Shown here piece after piece: positions 1-10,096 of a stretch of DNA of 64,000 bases. The position numbers and the translations under genes are program-made. The DNA is from Candidatus Iainarchaeum sp. (GTDB lineage: Archaea; Iainarchaeota; Iainarchaeia; Iainarchaeales; UBA10191): contig JAUSFL010000008.1 of NCBI GenBank assembly GCA_030649735.1, forward strand, positions 1-64,000, written 5' to 3'. The number at the start of each line of letters is the position of its first letter. The stretch's first letter is position 1. The notes under the pieces were generated by a model. That model did not search any database, had not been told where the DNA came from, and worked only from the letters and a program-made list of their open reading frames with translations.

Positions 1-183
1 GTTTTCTGAAAGAACTGCAATTCCGCCTTGCGGCGTTTTATAGAAAGAGCGGTTTTTTCCAGAATGCGCAAGCCTATTCCTTAAGGCCCAGCCTGGCTTT
101 CCCATTTTTTCAAAAAGTTCAGCAGCCAAATGCGGCTTTGGCTTTCTTAAAATTTGATTCTTTACAATTTTTCTCAAAGGCAT
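1..183 (-). CDS. 5' part of a basic hypothetical protein that runs off the window (MPLRKIVKNQILRKPKP...)
   Basis: Manual translation: ATG at 183, frame open to base 1; follows the 203..862 gene. Confidence 0.6.
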   Translation of the reverse strand, partial: MPLRKIVKNQILRKPKPHLAAELFEKMGKPGWALRNRLAHSGKNRSFYKTPQGGIAVLSEN

Positions 184-202
184 TTTTTTTAAGGCCATAA
201 TT

Positions 203-862
203 TTACTCGGCTGTCATTTTTTTTATGGTTTCAAACATTTCCAAGTCTGCATTGACTTCAGAGAGCTTTTTTGAAATGTCTTTTATTTTGTCTTCTGAAA
301 TTCCAGTCCTGAACTCTTGCACTTCATCCAGGTGCTTTGCCAATCGATTGCCTGAATTCTTGTAAACTATTGAATTCTGGACTGTTTCAGAAAGCTGTTT
401 TCTATAATCCAAATTGTTCACGAACATTTCAACCATTGCCTTGTATTTTTTGTCAGAAATTAGTTCTGCCGGAAGCTTCACTTTCTCGGCGTCATCCCTA
501 TAGTCCTTGTCTGTGATTTTTTTTCCGACATGCTTCCAGTAAGTCGGGCTCGCAAGCTTTTTTGCGTGAAGCTTCAAATGATAGACTTTTGCGTCACCAT
601 TGGCTTTCTTCCAGTCCTTTAGTTTCCTTTCAAACTGGTCTTTTAGGACTACAGAATCCTGCATTAACTGCTGCACGCGCGGCTTTGAGGGATAAATTAG
701 CTTTGGGAAAGAATCCTTGCTTTCTGAAGAAAACCTTGCGACTCCGCCTTTTTGAAAGTACCTTTTCAAGGCATTGATGCGCGAGTCTTCCTTAGCGTTC
801 AAAAACCCGGCTCCCTTGTATTTTTCCGCAAAAGCGGCTATTGAACTGATAATTTCAGGCAT
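203..862 (-). CDS. hypothetical protein, coiled-coil rich
   Basis: Long ORF; ATG at 862 (MPEIISS) chosen as the likely start. Confidence 0.75.
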   Translation of the reverse strand: MPEIISSIAAFAEKYKGAGFLNAKEDSRINALKRYFQKGGVARFSSESKDSFPKLIYPSKPRVQQLMQDSVVLKDQFERKLKDWKKANGDAKVYHLKLHAKKLASPTYWKHVGKKITDKDYRDDAEKVKLPAELISDKKYKAMVEMFVNNLDYRKQLSETVQNSIVYKNSGNRLAKHLDEVQEFRTGISEDKIKDISKKLSEVNADLEMFETIKKMTAE

Positions 863-941
863 GCAGTAACACAAGCTGAAACAGGTTAAAAATGTTTTTG
901 CATTATTTATTGCTTAATTAAAACAATTTGAAGGAATTTTC

Positions 942-1280
942 ATGTTTCCAGGAAAAATAAACCCGCGGCAAATGCAGGCAATGATGAAGCAAATGGGCAT
1001 TCAGACAGAAGACATTCCTGCAAAGCGCGTAATTATTGAAACTTCTGGAAAGCGAATTGTAATAGAGCCTGCCTCTGTGAACTGCATGATAGTTCAGGGC
1101 CAGAAAACCTATACTGTGAACGGCACTGAAAGCACTGAAGCCATTGAGCAGGAAATCTCGCTGGAAGACATTGAAATGGTTGCTGAACAGGCTGGAGTTC
1201 ACAAAGAAGTCGCGGAAAAAGCCTTGAAGGAAACAAAAGGCGACATTGCTGAAGCAATATTAAAATTAAAGAAAGACTGA
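942..1280 (+). CDS. nac: nascent polypeptide-associated complex protein (archaeal NAC)
   Basis: NPRQMQAMMKQMGI NAC motif; C-terminal UBA-like DIEMVAEQAG...GDIAEAILKL. Confidence 0.95.
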   Translation: MFPGKINPRQMQAMMKQMGIQTEDIPAKRVIIETSGKRIVIEPASVNCMIVQGQKTYTVNGTESTEAIEQEISLEDIEMVAEQAGVHKEVAEKALKETKGDIAEAILKLKKD

Positions 1281-1283
1281 ATT

Positions 1284-2666
1284 TTAGCTTTCCATTCCTT
1301 GCACTTGGATTATTTTGCCTCTTTGCACTTGAATTTGCATGCTGAAGTTGATGTCTTGCCCTATCGAATGGCCTGGCTTTCCAATAACTTGGAATGAATT
1401 AGAGTCTACTGGAAGGCTTGCGTTCAAGTCTTTAATGAACACTGAGCTTAAGTCAGTGTTTGCTGGCTGGAATGTTTCAATGGCAATTCCTTTGGGCTTG
1501 AAAAAGCCCTGCAGGTAATCAAAGGATTCTTGAGAATTCTCTGCTGTCAAGTTCAGGTCTAGGAAGAACTGAGATTCTGGTGCTTGGATTGAAATCTGGC
1601 TCTTTTTAAAGCTTGATTCCATTAATTGCCGGATGATTCCATTCTCCAATGCGTTCAAGTCTGAATTGTCATTTGCCAATGCGTCAATTGTGAAATTGTT
1701 TTCTCCCTTTCCAATCTCGAAAGAATTCAAGTCTTTAAGATTGGCGCTTTCAATCCTGTCTTTCACAATGTTCAAGTCATAATTTGAGTCGACTGCAGTG
1801 ACTGAAAAAGTGATGCTTTTCCCAAGCGCGGGCACTATTGCAGAGTTTATTTTGAAGTCTGAAAAATTCAACTGTGATTTTAGCGAGTTTTCATCAATGT
1901 AATTGCCGTACTTCATTGTTCCCTGCGCGAAAAGTTTTCTGTCCAATGAAGTCACTTTTGCGATTGCGTTTTCAAAAAAGCTCTTGGGCAGCGCTGTCTG
2001 GTTTGAAACCTCAAACACTTGCGGATTTCCCGCAATGTCGTTTGCAATGTTCACTTTTAATGAAACGCTTAGCAAGTCCCCTGTTTCAGTGCCCACGGAA
2101 ACAAAGGCCGCTGTCAGCTTTTGCTTTGGAGTGTAGTTCTTGTCAATGTTAAAGTCCGAGTTTGTTACGCTGATTTGCGCGGGCAGTTCAATAAGCGCTG
2201 TCCCAATGCTTTGAATGCCGGTCATCAAAACTGATTTTTCTTGAATGCTGGCGAAAACTTCGCTCGACTTTGCGTTAGGCGCTAAAGAAAGCGTCATTTT
2301 GTAAGTCATTGTCGCTCCAGGGTTTCCAACATAGCTTGCGTTAACAAGCCCGCGGATTCCGGGAATTTGCGCGATTTCAGAGTCAATCTTTGAAGGGTTT
2401 GTTTCCTTGGTTTGGCCCGCAATTATCAATTCAGGCAATACTTCAATCACTTTGGCGTCAAAATTCTTGCTTTCAAAATCCAGTCCCGGAATTTGCGGGT
2501 CGCTTGGGTTTGAAGGATTTGGGTTTGATGGCTCTTGCGGGTTTAATGCGCCTGAAAAAAGCAGGGCTATTGTAGAGCCGGCAAACATTACTATTACCAC
2601 TGCCACGAAAATGACTGCGCTGTTTTTTCGTTTTTTTTCGCCAGTTGTTTGTTCCAAGAAACACAC
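1284..2666 (-). CDS. membrane-anchored hypothetical protein
   Basis: 460-aa ORF, N-terminal TM helix then a Pro/Asn linker. Confidence 0.75.
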   Translation of the reverse strand: MCFLEQTTGEKKRKNSAVIFVAVVIVMFAGSTIALLFSGALNPQEPSNPNPSNPSDPQIPGLDFESKNFDAKVIEVLPELIIAGQTKETNPSKIDSEIAQIPGIRGLVNASYVGNPGATMTYKMTLSLAPNAKSSEVFASIQEKSVLMTGIQSIGTALIELPAQISVTNSDFNIDKNYTPKQKLTAAFVSVGTETGDLLSVSLKVNIANDIAGNPQVFEVSNQTALPKSFFENAIAKVTSLDRKLFAQGTMKYGNYIDENSLKSQLNFSDFKINSAIVPALGKSITFSVTAVDSNYDLNIVKDRIESANLKDLNSFEIGKGENNFTIDALANDNSDLNALENGIIRQLMESSFKKSQISIQAPESQFFLDLNLTAENSQESFDYLQGFFKPKGIAIETFQPANTDLSSVFIKDLNASLPVDSNSFQVIGKPGHSIGQDINFSMQIQVQRGKIIQVQGMES

Positions 2667-2777
2667 CTTTTTACGAATAATTTAATGCAAATGGTTAAAA
2701 TAGTTAGTTTTCACGTTAATTAGATACATTTGATTGAAAGCAATAAAAAGCTGTTTTTTTAGAAAGGTGAAGGACTA

Positions 2778-3557
2778 ATGCAAAAAGGCGAAATAGTATT
2801 GTTGGAATTGACTGGAAGAGAGCTTGAGAGCGGAAAGGTTTTTGAAACCTCTAATGCCGAAGTTGCAAAAAAGGAAGGAGTTTTTTCAGAAACCGCGCGC
2901 TATGCTCCAAACCCTGTTGTTGTCGGAAAGGGAAGAATGATTCAAGGCGTTGAGGAAGAATTATTGAAAATGAATGTTGGCGAGGAAAAGAAAATAATTT
3001 TAGAGCCTTCAATGGCTTTTGGGGACAGGAAGCCAGAATTGGTTGGCATTGTTCCATTGAAAGAATTCACTGCAAGAAAGCTTCAGCCTTTTCCTGGATT
3101 GATTGTTGACGTTAATGGAAATGCGGGAAGGGTTCAAAGCGTTTCAGGCGGCAGAGTGAGAGTTGACTTTAACTCTGACTTGGCCGGAAAAACTGTAGAA
3201 TACGAGCTAAAAATTGTGAAAAAGCTTGAAACTCCGGTAGAAAAGGCAAAAGCGATTATGGGAAAGCTTTTAGGCCTGAAGCTTGAAGAGCTCGAGGCAG
3301 AATTCAAGGCCGAAGGCGGAGAATTGGAGATTGAATTGCCTGAAAGCATTGAAAAAATGAAGGAAATTATTTTGATGAAGCAGTTTTTGAAGAAAGAACT
3401 GGCTGAAGACATTCCTGAAGCAAAGAAAATCAGCTTTAAGGGCACTCCAGTCATTGAAGGGCCTGCTGGTCCTGACCATTCAGCAGAGCAGGAAGGGCAC
3501 TCTCACGAAGGACATGACCACTCTCACGAGGGTTATGAGCACGCCCATAAGCACTAA
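2778..3557 (+). CDS. slyD: FKBP-type peptidyl-prolyl isomerase (SlyD-like) with His-rich tail
   Basis: GKVFETS, VVGKGRMIQGVEE, VDFNSDLAGK; GGTGA SD; HSHEGHDHSH tail. Confidence 0.92.
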   Translation: MQKGEIVLLELTGRELESGKVFETSNAEVAKKEGVFSETARYAPNPVVVGKGRMIQGVEEELLKMNVGEEKKIILEPSMAFGDRKPELVGIVPLKEFTARKLQPFPGLIVDVNGNAGRVQSVSGGRVRVDFNSDLAGKTVEYELKIVKKLETPVEKAKAIMGKLLGLKLEELEAEFKAEGGELEIELPESIEKMKEIILMKQFLKKELAEDIPEAKKISFKGTPVIEGPAGPDHSAEQEGHSHEGHDHSHEGYEHAHKH

Positions 3558-3670
3558 AACCAGCATTTTTTGGACGTTAGGGCTGGTTTTTTAAACATTT
3601 CTTTCTTAAATTTTAATTGATAGGTTAACTAAACTGTTTTTTAGCTTTTATTTAAGTTGGTGGTTTTAGT

Positions 3671-4306
3671 TTGAGCAAAAATAGTACTGAAAGCATGCAT
3701 ACTGGAACAACCACTGTCGGTGTTTTGGGAAAGGATGCCGTGGTTTTGGCGGCAGACATGAAGGCAACTTTGGGCAATATTGCTTCAGACACTAATGTCA
3801 CTAAAGTCTACAAAATCAATGACAAGGCGGCAATCACTATTGCCGGCGGAGTCGGGGATGCCTTGACTGTAGTGCGGTTTTTGAAAAGCCATGCAAAGCT
3901 TTTTGAGATTGAAAGGGAGAATGTAATGACTCCAAAGGCAATAATCACTTTTCTTTCAAACATCTTGAACAGCAACAGGTATTATCCATTCCAGGTATTT
4001 TTCATTATTGGCGGGTTTAATGGAAAGCCCGAACTTTACACTTCAGACCTTGTCGGCGGCTTTAATGAAGTTGACAAGTTCACTAGCACTGGCTCTGGCT
4101 TTGAGCTGGCTTATGGCTTTTTGGAAGACCAATTTAAGGAAGCGCTTTCAACTGAAAAGGCAATTGAATTGGCTGTCAAGGCAGTGAAAGTCGCAAAAAA
4201 GCGCGACATTTACACTGGCGGAGACGGCGTTAAAGTATTGGTCATTTCAAAAGACGGGGTCAAAGAACTAGGCAAGAAAGAAGTTGAAAAATACTTGGGC
4301 ACTTAA
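3671..4306 (+). CDS. psmB: proteasome beta subunit
   Basis: Propeptide plus GTTTVG, LAAD, GSG motifs; adjacent to aCPSF1 as is usual in archaea. Confidence 0.96.
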   Translation: MSKNSTESMHTGTTTVGVLGKDAVVLAADMKATLGNIASDTNVTKVYKINDKAAITIAGGVGDALTVVRFLKSHAKLFEIERENVMTPKAIITFLSNILNSNRYYPFQVFFIIGGFNGKPELYTSDLVGGFNEVDKFTSTGSGFELAYGFLEDQFKEALSTEKAIELAVKAVKVAKKRDIYTGGDGVKVLVISKDGVKELGKKEVEKYLGT

Positions 4307-4399
4307 AACCAGCAATATGAAAAATTATTCTTTTTCACGATTCTAAAAACCCTCATTCTAAATTAGGCAATTAGATGGGTTAGTAACCAATTAAACATA

Positions 4400-6292
4400 A
4401 TGGTCTTTATGACTACAGATTTGATAAAGCAAATTAAAGAAACAGTAATGAACAATGTTCCAGAAAGCGCCAAAGTCACTTCAGTGGACATTGAAGGGCC
4501 GGAAGTGGCAATTTACACTAAAAACCCGCGGGCTTTTTTCGAGAACGAAAACTTAGTGGCTAAAGTGGCTTTTGAATTAAAAAAGCGCGTGAACATTCGA
4601 ACAGACAAGAGCCTTTTGATGGAAGCCGACTTGGCTGAAAAGAAAATCAAGGAATTGGTTCCGGCAGAGGCAGACATTAGGAAAATTGATTTCAATCCCG
4701 CATTCAGTGAAGTTGTCATTGAAAGCATGAAGCCTGGCCTGGTCATCGGAAAGGAAGGAGTGACAAGCAAGAGCATTATTTTAGAGACTGGCTGGGTTCC
4801 AAACATAATCCGTTCTCCAACGTCCCCTTCAGAAATACTTAATGGAATAAGGCATCACTTGAGCAAGTATTCTGCAGAAAGGAAAAAAATCCTTCAGGCA
4901 ACTGCGGAAAAAATTTACCGCAATCCGGCAAACCCGAATAAATGGGTCAGGATTACTGCATTAGGCAGTTTTAGGGAAGTTGGCAGAAGTGCAATGCTGG
5001 TTGAAACCCAAGACACCAGGGTTTTATTGGATTGTGGAATAAACCCTGCAAACAATGAAGAGCCTTTTCCAATTCTTGAAGCGCTTCGTTATCCAGTGCA
5101 GGAAATTGACGCTGTAATAATCAGCCACGCTCACTTGGACCACGCCGGCTTTTTGCCTTACTTGTTCAAGCTAGGATACAAAGGGCCTGTTTATTGCACG
5201 CCTCCAACCAGGGATTTAATGGCCTTATTGCAGTTTGACTTCATTGATGTTTTTGTAAAGGAAGGAAAAGAGCCGCCTTATTCTGAAAGAGACGTCAAGG
5301 AAATGATAAAATATTGCATTCCACGCGAGTATCGTGAAGTTACTGACATTGCGCCAGACATGAGGCTTACATTCCATAATGCAGCGCACATTTTAGGCAG
5401 TGCAAGCGTTCACTTGCACATTGGAGAAGGCGCGCACAACCTAGTTTACAGCGCTGATTTAAAGTATGGGTTTACCCGCTTGTTTAACAATATTGACATT
5501 AATTATCCTCGCTTGGAAACCTTAATTTTAGAAAGCACTTATGCTGGAAAAGGCGAAATGCCTGACAGGCAATATTCAGAAGACGCGCTTATCAACATAA
5601 TTCGAGAGACAGTGACTAATGGCGGCAATGTTTTAATTCCCGTATTTTCTGTTGGAAGGGCGCAGGAAATAATGCTTGTAATTGAAGAATACTACCGCAG
5701 GGGCTCTTTGGAAGCAAAAGTCTTTATTGACGGAATGACTAAGGAAGCCTCGGCAATTCATACTGCATATCCTGAATACTTGAGAAAATCAGTCCAGCGG
5801 AGAATTTTGCAGAATGATTCTCCATTCACTTCAGAATTATTCCAGCTTGCAAACCACAAAAACAGGCAGGAAATAATTGACAATGGCGGGGCTGTAATCC
5901 TGGCAAGCTCTGGAATGCTGACTGGCGGAGCATCAGTGGATTATTTCCACAGAATGGCCGCAGACCCAAAAAACACAATGATTTTTGTAGGATACCAGTC
6001 TGAAGGCTCAATGGGAAGAAAAATTCAAGGCGGAGTGAAAACAATTCCAGTAATGGAAAACGGCAGGGCAAAAGCATTGGACATTAAAATGCGCGTTGAA
6101 ACAGTCGAAGGCTTTTCAGGCCATAGTTTTAGGAATGAGCTTTTGGCTTATTTAAGGACTTTAAATCCAAAGCCAAAAAGAGTGCTAGTAAACCATGGAG
6201 ATTCTACAGTAGAGTTTGCGAAATTTATTTCAAACAGATTCCGCATAAACACCACTGCTCCGCGCAATCTTGACGCTTTAAGGCTAAGATAA
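4400..6292 (+). CDS. fttA: beta-CASP ribonuclease aCPSF1 (FttA)
   Basis: N-terminal KH domains, SHAHLDH, AAHILGS, GFSGHS. Confidence 0.96.
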   Translation: MVFMTTDLIKQIKETVMNNVPESAKVTSVDIEGPEVAIYTKNPRAFFENENLVAKVAFELKKRVNIRTDKSLLMEADLAEKKIKELVPAEADIRKIDFNPAFSEVVIESMKPGLVIGKEGVTSKSIILETGWVPNIIRSPTSPSEILNGIRHHLSKYSAERKKILQATAEKIYRNPANPNKWVRITALGSFREVGRSAMLVETQDTRVLLDCGINPANNEEPFPILEALRYPVQEIDAVIISHAHLDHAGFLPYLFKLGYKGPVYCTPPTRDLMALLQFDFIDVFVKEGKEPPYSERDVKEMIKYCIPREYREVTDIAPDMRLTFHNAAHILGSASVHLHIGEGAHNLVYSADLKYGFTRLFNNIDINYPRLETLILESTYAGKGEMPDRQYSEDALINIIRETVTNGGNVLIPVFSVGRAQEIMLVIEEYYRRGSLEAKVFIDGMTKEASAIHTAYPEYLRKSVQRRILQNDSPFTSELFQLANHKNRQEIIDNGGAVILASSGMLTGGASVDYFHRMAADPKNTMIFVGYQSEGSMGRKIQGGVKTIPVMENGRAKALDIKMRVETVEGFSGHSFRNELLAYLRTLNPKPKRVLVNHGDSTVEFAKFISNRFRINTTAPRNLDALRLR

Positions 6293-6647
6293 GCTCAAGC
6301 ACAACTTATTTTTCTAAACAAACCTTAAAAATTACTTATTTTATTTTTAGGCTTCAGCGCTAGAAAGCACTGAAAGGAAATAAAGTATTTCTTAAAAAAA
6401 CAATTTCTTACATAAATAGAGTGCGACTACATAATCGCTATTTTCACCACCACTGACAAAACTTAATGTCTATATAATATCACAAACTATACATAAGTAA
6501 ACAAGTATTTTTCACACTCTTTTTGTTCAAAAAAGCACCTACAAGTGCGTTATGGTTAAGAAAAGCCCAATCCTTGCTCTTCAACCGAAAAGTATTTAAA
6601 CCCCTGAAGCGTTTTTTGATGTAGTTTTCCAAGCAGGATTGAGAAAG

Positions 6648-6788
6648 ATGATGACTGAAAGAAATTCAACAATTACCCCAAGATTTGAACTTTCCAGAAT
6701 GCTTGGAAAAGGGCTCAAATTACAGGACAATGTGCTTGCTTTCTCAAAAAAAGCAGGCCGGTCAACTAACATTCACCCCATTCAATAA
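6648..6788 (+). CDS. possible 46-aa small protein (MMTERNSTITPRFELSRMLGK...)
   Basis: Manual translation; BRE/TATA-like gaaaagtatttaaa at 6587-6600 and downstream hairpin. Confidence 0.35.
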   Translation: MMTERNSTITPRFELSRMLGKGLKLQDNVLAFSKKAGRSTNIHPIQ

Positions 6789-6800
6789 GAGAACAATTGA

Positions 6801-6835
6801 GCGCGGCATCCCAAATGCCGCGTTCTTCTTTTTTT
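6801..6835 (+). terminator. GC hairpin followed by a U-rich tract
   Basis: gcgcggcat-ccca-aatgccgcgt then tcttctttttt. Confidence 0.55.
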
Positions 6836-6897
6836 CGCGCTTTCAATTGCGAGCCAGTCTTTTTAACTCTTTTCAACAACTTTAATTGTTGGCTTTT

Positions 6898-7383
6898 ATG
6901 ATTGTTTTGATTACTGGAACTCCCGGAACTGGAAAATCCACTGTTGCAAAGGCATTGAAGGCAAGGCTTGGGCAAGGCTGGACAGTAATCAATGACCGCG
7001 AGTTTTGCAAAAAATTCAAGATTGGCTTTTTTGACAAGAAAGCGCAAGAGCTTGAAGTCCCGGTGAAAAAGCTTGAGGCTAAGCTAAAGCAAAAACTCAA
7101 AAAAGAAGGCAGCATAATCTTGGAAGGCCACTTGTTTTGCGAAACAAAAATTCCCGCAGACATTATAGTGCTTTTGCGCACCAGCCCAAAGCTTTTGGAA
7201 ACTCGCTTATTGGGAAAAGGCTATGGCCAGTTGAAGGTTTTGGATAATGTTTTTTGCGAAATGACTGATTACTGCAAAGCCAATGTTTTGAAAAATTTTG
7301 GCAAAAACAAGGTTTTGGAGTTGAATAATGATAAAGGCTTAAAAGAAATTACTGCCAAAATATTAAAGGAAATTAAAAATTGA
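6898..7383 (+). CDS. adenylate kinase, AK6/Fap7 family
   Basis: ITGTPGTGKST P-loop, ILEGH motif, LETRLLGKGY. Confidence 0.85.
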   Translation: MIVLITGTPGTGKSTVAKALKARLGQGWTVINDREFCKKFKIGFFDKKAQELEVPVKKLEAKLKQKLKKEGSIILEGHLFCETKIPADIIVLLRTSPKLLETRLLGKGYGQLKVLDNVFCEMTDYCKANVLKNFGKNKVLELNNDKGLKEITAKILKEIKN

Positions 7384-7390
7384 CCAAAGG

Positions 7391-8602
7391 TTGTTCTATT
7401 TGAAGTTCAAAATTCTTGCACTAATTGTTCTTTTGGCATTCTCTGGCTTTGCTTTGTCTGAAACTTTAAGCGAGGTTTCCTTAAAACAGGCAAACTTTCA
7501 AGGCCTGGTTGCTGAAGGCCAGGAAGTGCAGCAATGCGCCACTTATGCTTTCCTTAAAGAAGCAATCGCAGAGCAAAAAGGAGTCTTCATTGTTTTTTCA
7601 GCGCACGCCTTGTTTTCTCCAGCAAGCCAAGGCAATGCGAAAGTCAGTGTTTTCCTGAACAATTTTGAAACATTGGCTGAATTCAAGCCAGTTGATTTCC
7701 AGAATGGCTGGGCCAGAGTGGAAGTTCCAATCAATGGATTGCTTGAAAAAAATTCCTTGAAAGTCTGCGCGAAAACAACAAGCAGCATTACAAAAGTTGA
7801 AGTATTGGATGATTCAACAATCGGCTATTATAAAATGCCAAAATTCGAGCTTAAAAAAGCAGTTTCTGAAACCAGGCCGATAATTGGAAGAGAATTGGAA
7901 ATCACTTTGACTGCGACAAACATTGGAAGCGAGGCGGCAACTGCAAAAATCAGTTACTGGAACATTGAACTAAACATTGCGCAAATCACGCGCGGAGACT
8001 CTGAATTCAATGGAATAATCCAGCCAGGCCAAAGCGTTACAATGCGTTATTTTGTAAAGCCAAAGTATGCGGTCCAAATGGACTTGGCTTCAGCAATCCT
8101 TGAGTTTGACAATATTTTTGGGGAAAAGCAGACTGTTTATTCAAACAGGCCGACAATTTGGGTCCAAGAGCCAGAATTCAAGGTAAAGGCCTTTTACAGC
8201 ATTACAGAGCAAAAGGCATTCCAGCCAGGCCAAAGCACAACCTTGGTTTTGACTGCAAGGAATGAAGGCGTCAATGACTTGGAAAACATCAGCATTAAAG
8301 TCGTAAAGCCTGAAGGACTGATTGTTTCAAAAGACAGTTTTGAAAACATCAGCTTAAAGGCAGGCGCTTCAAAAACTTTTGAAATTTCAGCATCCAGCCT
8401 GGAAGAAGGCATTCTGCAAATTGGCTGCAGTGTGGAATATTCTGACTACAAGGTAGTGAACACAAAATGCGCCCCATTAAACATTGAGTTCGAAAAGCCA
8501 AAGCAAAACAACCTCTTGATTTTTGCAATAGTTCTTTTGATTGTTGGAGCGATAATTTATGCTTTCATTTACAGGCCTGAAAAGAAAAAAGCAGAAAAAT
8601 GA
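7391..8602 (+). CDS. surface protein with Ig-like (CARDB/BatD-like) domains and C-terminal TM anchor
   Basis: Signal peptide, ITLTATNIGSEAA and VLTARNEG repeats, terminal TM plus basic tail. Confidence 0.75.
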   Translation: MFYLKFKILALIVLLAFSGFALSETLSEVSLKQANFQGLVAEGQEVQQCATYAFLKEAIAEQKGVFIVFSAHALFSPASQGNAKVSVFLNNFETLAEFKPVDFQNGWARVEVPINGLLEKNSLKVCAKTTSSITKVEVLDDSTIGYYKMPKFELKKAVSETRPIIGRELEITLTATNIGSEAATAKISYWNIELNIAQITRGDSEFNGIIQPGQSVTMRYFVKPKYAVQMDLASAILEFDNIFGEKQTVYSNRPTIWVQEPEFKVKAFYSITEQKAFQPGQSTTLVLTARNEGVNDLENISIKVVKPEGLIVSKDSFENISLKAGASKTFEISASSLEEGILQIGCSVEYSDYKVVNTKCAPLNIEFEKPKQNNLLIFAIVLLIVGAIIYAFIYRPEKKKAEK

Positions 8603-8605
8603 TTT

Positions 8606-9739
8606 TTAGCCCTTTAGTTTTTTGAAAATTTTCAAGCCCAGGCTATAGTCTGTGATTATTGCCTTTTGAGGGCAGACTTCCTGGCAGCAAAAGCACTTGA
8701 TGCATTTGCTGTAATCAAAAACCGGCTTTTTTGTCTTGAAATCAATCGCGCCCGCAGGGCATGCTTCAAAGCATTTTCCGCAAGAAATGCACTTTTCACT
8801 GATCAATGCCGGCTTTTTGTTGAAGAACTTTCTCAAAAGTTTAGCCAAAAAATTGATTCTTGAAAGCCCATAATTGAAAGCCTTTGAAGGCTTGAAATCC
8901 TTCACTATTGGAAAATCCCCTGCTTTAAAGTCTCCAAGCAATTGAATTCTGTCAAACTCTTCCAAACCCAGTTTTTTTGCAAAAGCAAGCAAGGAAATTT
9001 TTTCAGGCCGTATTCCAACGCTTTGCACTGCAATAAAATCCAATGCAATCGCGCTTTCTGAAGCCAAAATTGCTCCAATTTGTTTTGGACTTCCCGCGCT
9101 TGGGCCTTCGCCCTCCATTCCAAAAACAGCGTCCATTATTGAAAGATTTGGCTTCACAATGCTGTGCAAGTCCAAAAGCATTTTGCTAAAGGAGTCGCTG
9201 TCTGGAAACTTCAAGTGATACTCGCCCTTGATTCTTTTAGGCACGCAGCCATAGCAGTTTTTCACTGCGCCAGTGAATCCAGTGAAAATGTGGGTTTTTA
9301 GCTTTGGCAAGTTGATTATAACGTCAAAATCATTGAGTTTTCTTGAAATAAACAGTTTTTTTGCGGCAAAGCCTGTTTTTGTCTTGGTTTCAACTGGCTC
9401 GGAAAGCTCAACAAGCCTTGCGCCGGTTTCCTTGCAAACTTGGGCAAAGCCAGCAGTTTCAGCGGATTTTTCAAAGCCAGAAACCGCGGGCGAATCGCCA
9501 ATAAAGACTTTGGCGCCTTGTTTTTTGCAAAGCAAAGCCACGGCCTTTACGATTGAAGGATGAGTTGTAACGCATTCTTCAGGCTTGCGGGACTCCAAAA
9601 GATTCACTTTCAAAAGAACCTTTTGGCCTTTCTTGACAAACTTTCCAAAACCACCCAAAGCATCAACTGCCTTTTTCACTGCTGCTTGGACTTGCTTTTC
9701 ATCATAGCTTAGGCATTTGATCATTGAAACTTTAACCAT
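8606..9739 (-). CDS. DUF362 protein with 2x[4Fe-4S] ferredoxin domain
   Basis: LLKVNL, VTTHP, NLPKLKTH, GEGP; two CxxCxxCxxxCP motifs. Confidence 0.9.
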   Translation of the reverse strand: MVKVSMIKCLSYDEKQVQAAVKKAVDALGGFGKFVKKGQKVLLKVNLLESRKPEECVTTHPSIVKAVALLCKKQGAKVFIGDSPAVSGFEKSAETAGFAQVCKETGARLVELSEPVETKTKTGFAAKKLFISRKLNDFDVIINLPKLKTHIFTGFTGAVKNCYGCVPKRIKGEYHLKFPDSDSFSKMLLDLHSIVKPNLSIMDAVFGMEGEGPSAGSPKQIGAILASESAIALDFIAVQSVGIRPEKISLLAFAKKLGLEEFDRIQLLGDFKAGDFPIVKDFKPSKAFNYGLSRINFLAKLLRKFFNKKPALISEKCISCGKCFEACPAGAIDFKTKKPVFDYSKCIKCFCCQEVCPQKAIITDYSLGLKIFKKLKG

Positions 9740-9842
9740 AAAAAATTAAGGAAGCGAATTGTTTAACAAAATGAGTTGTTTTGTCGACTGGAAATTTGGC
9801 CTCAAAGCGTTTATAAATTAGGAAAGCGTATTTTATTGAAAT

Positions 9843-10031
9843 AATTCGTGGACTTAAATTCACTTCAAGGCTGAAAGTGCTGGTTGTGAAAAATCAGGTT
9901 CGCGAACAACAAAAGTTATTCTCAAGAGGGCTACCGCAGGGCATGCGGAATGTAACGCTTATGGACTCGCAACAATAGTTGTGTGAAGGAAGTAAGAAAC
10001 CCGCACTCATTCAAGGGCGAGGGCATGTCAC
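9843..10031 (+). mobile_element. decayed IS200/IS605-family remnant: tnpB fragments plus omegaRNA/right end
   Basis: In-frame FKAESAGCE and ILKRATAGHAECNAYG resemble TnpB segments; degenerate subterminal hairpin ending in TCAC; no start codon. Confidence 0.75.
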
Positions 10032-10096
10032 AAGATTCTTCAAGCACGAAAGTAATTTTCCAAAAATCATTTTGAAATATTGCGGGAAAGAAAAGC

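Noticed and set aside
3551-4314. Near-identical GCACT(T)AAAACCAGCA at the ends of slyD and psmB
   Set aside because: Two short copies only; may be a termination context or chance
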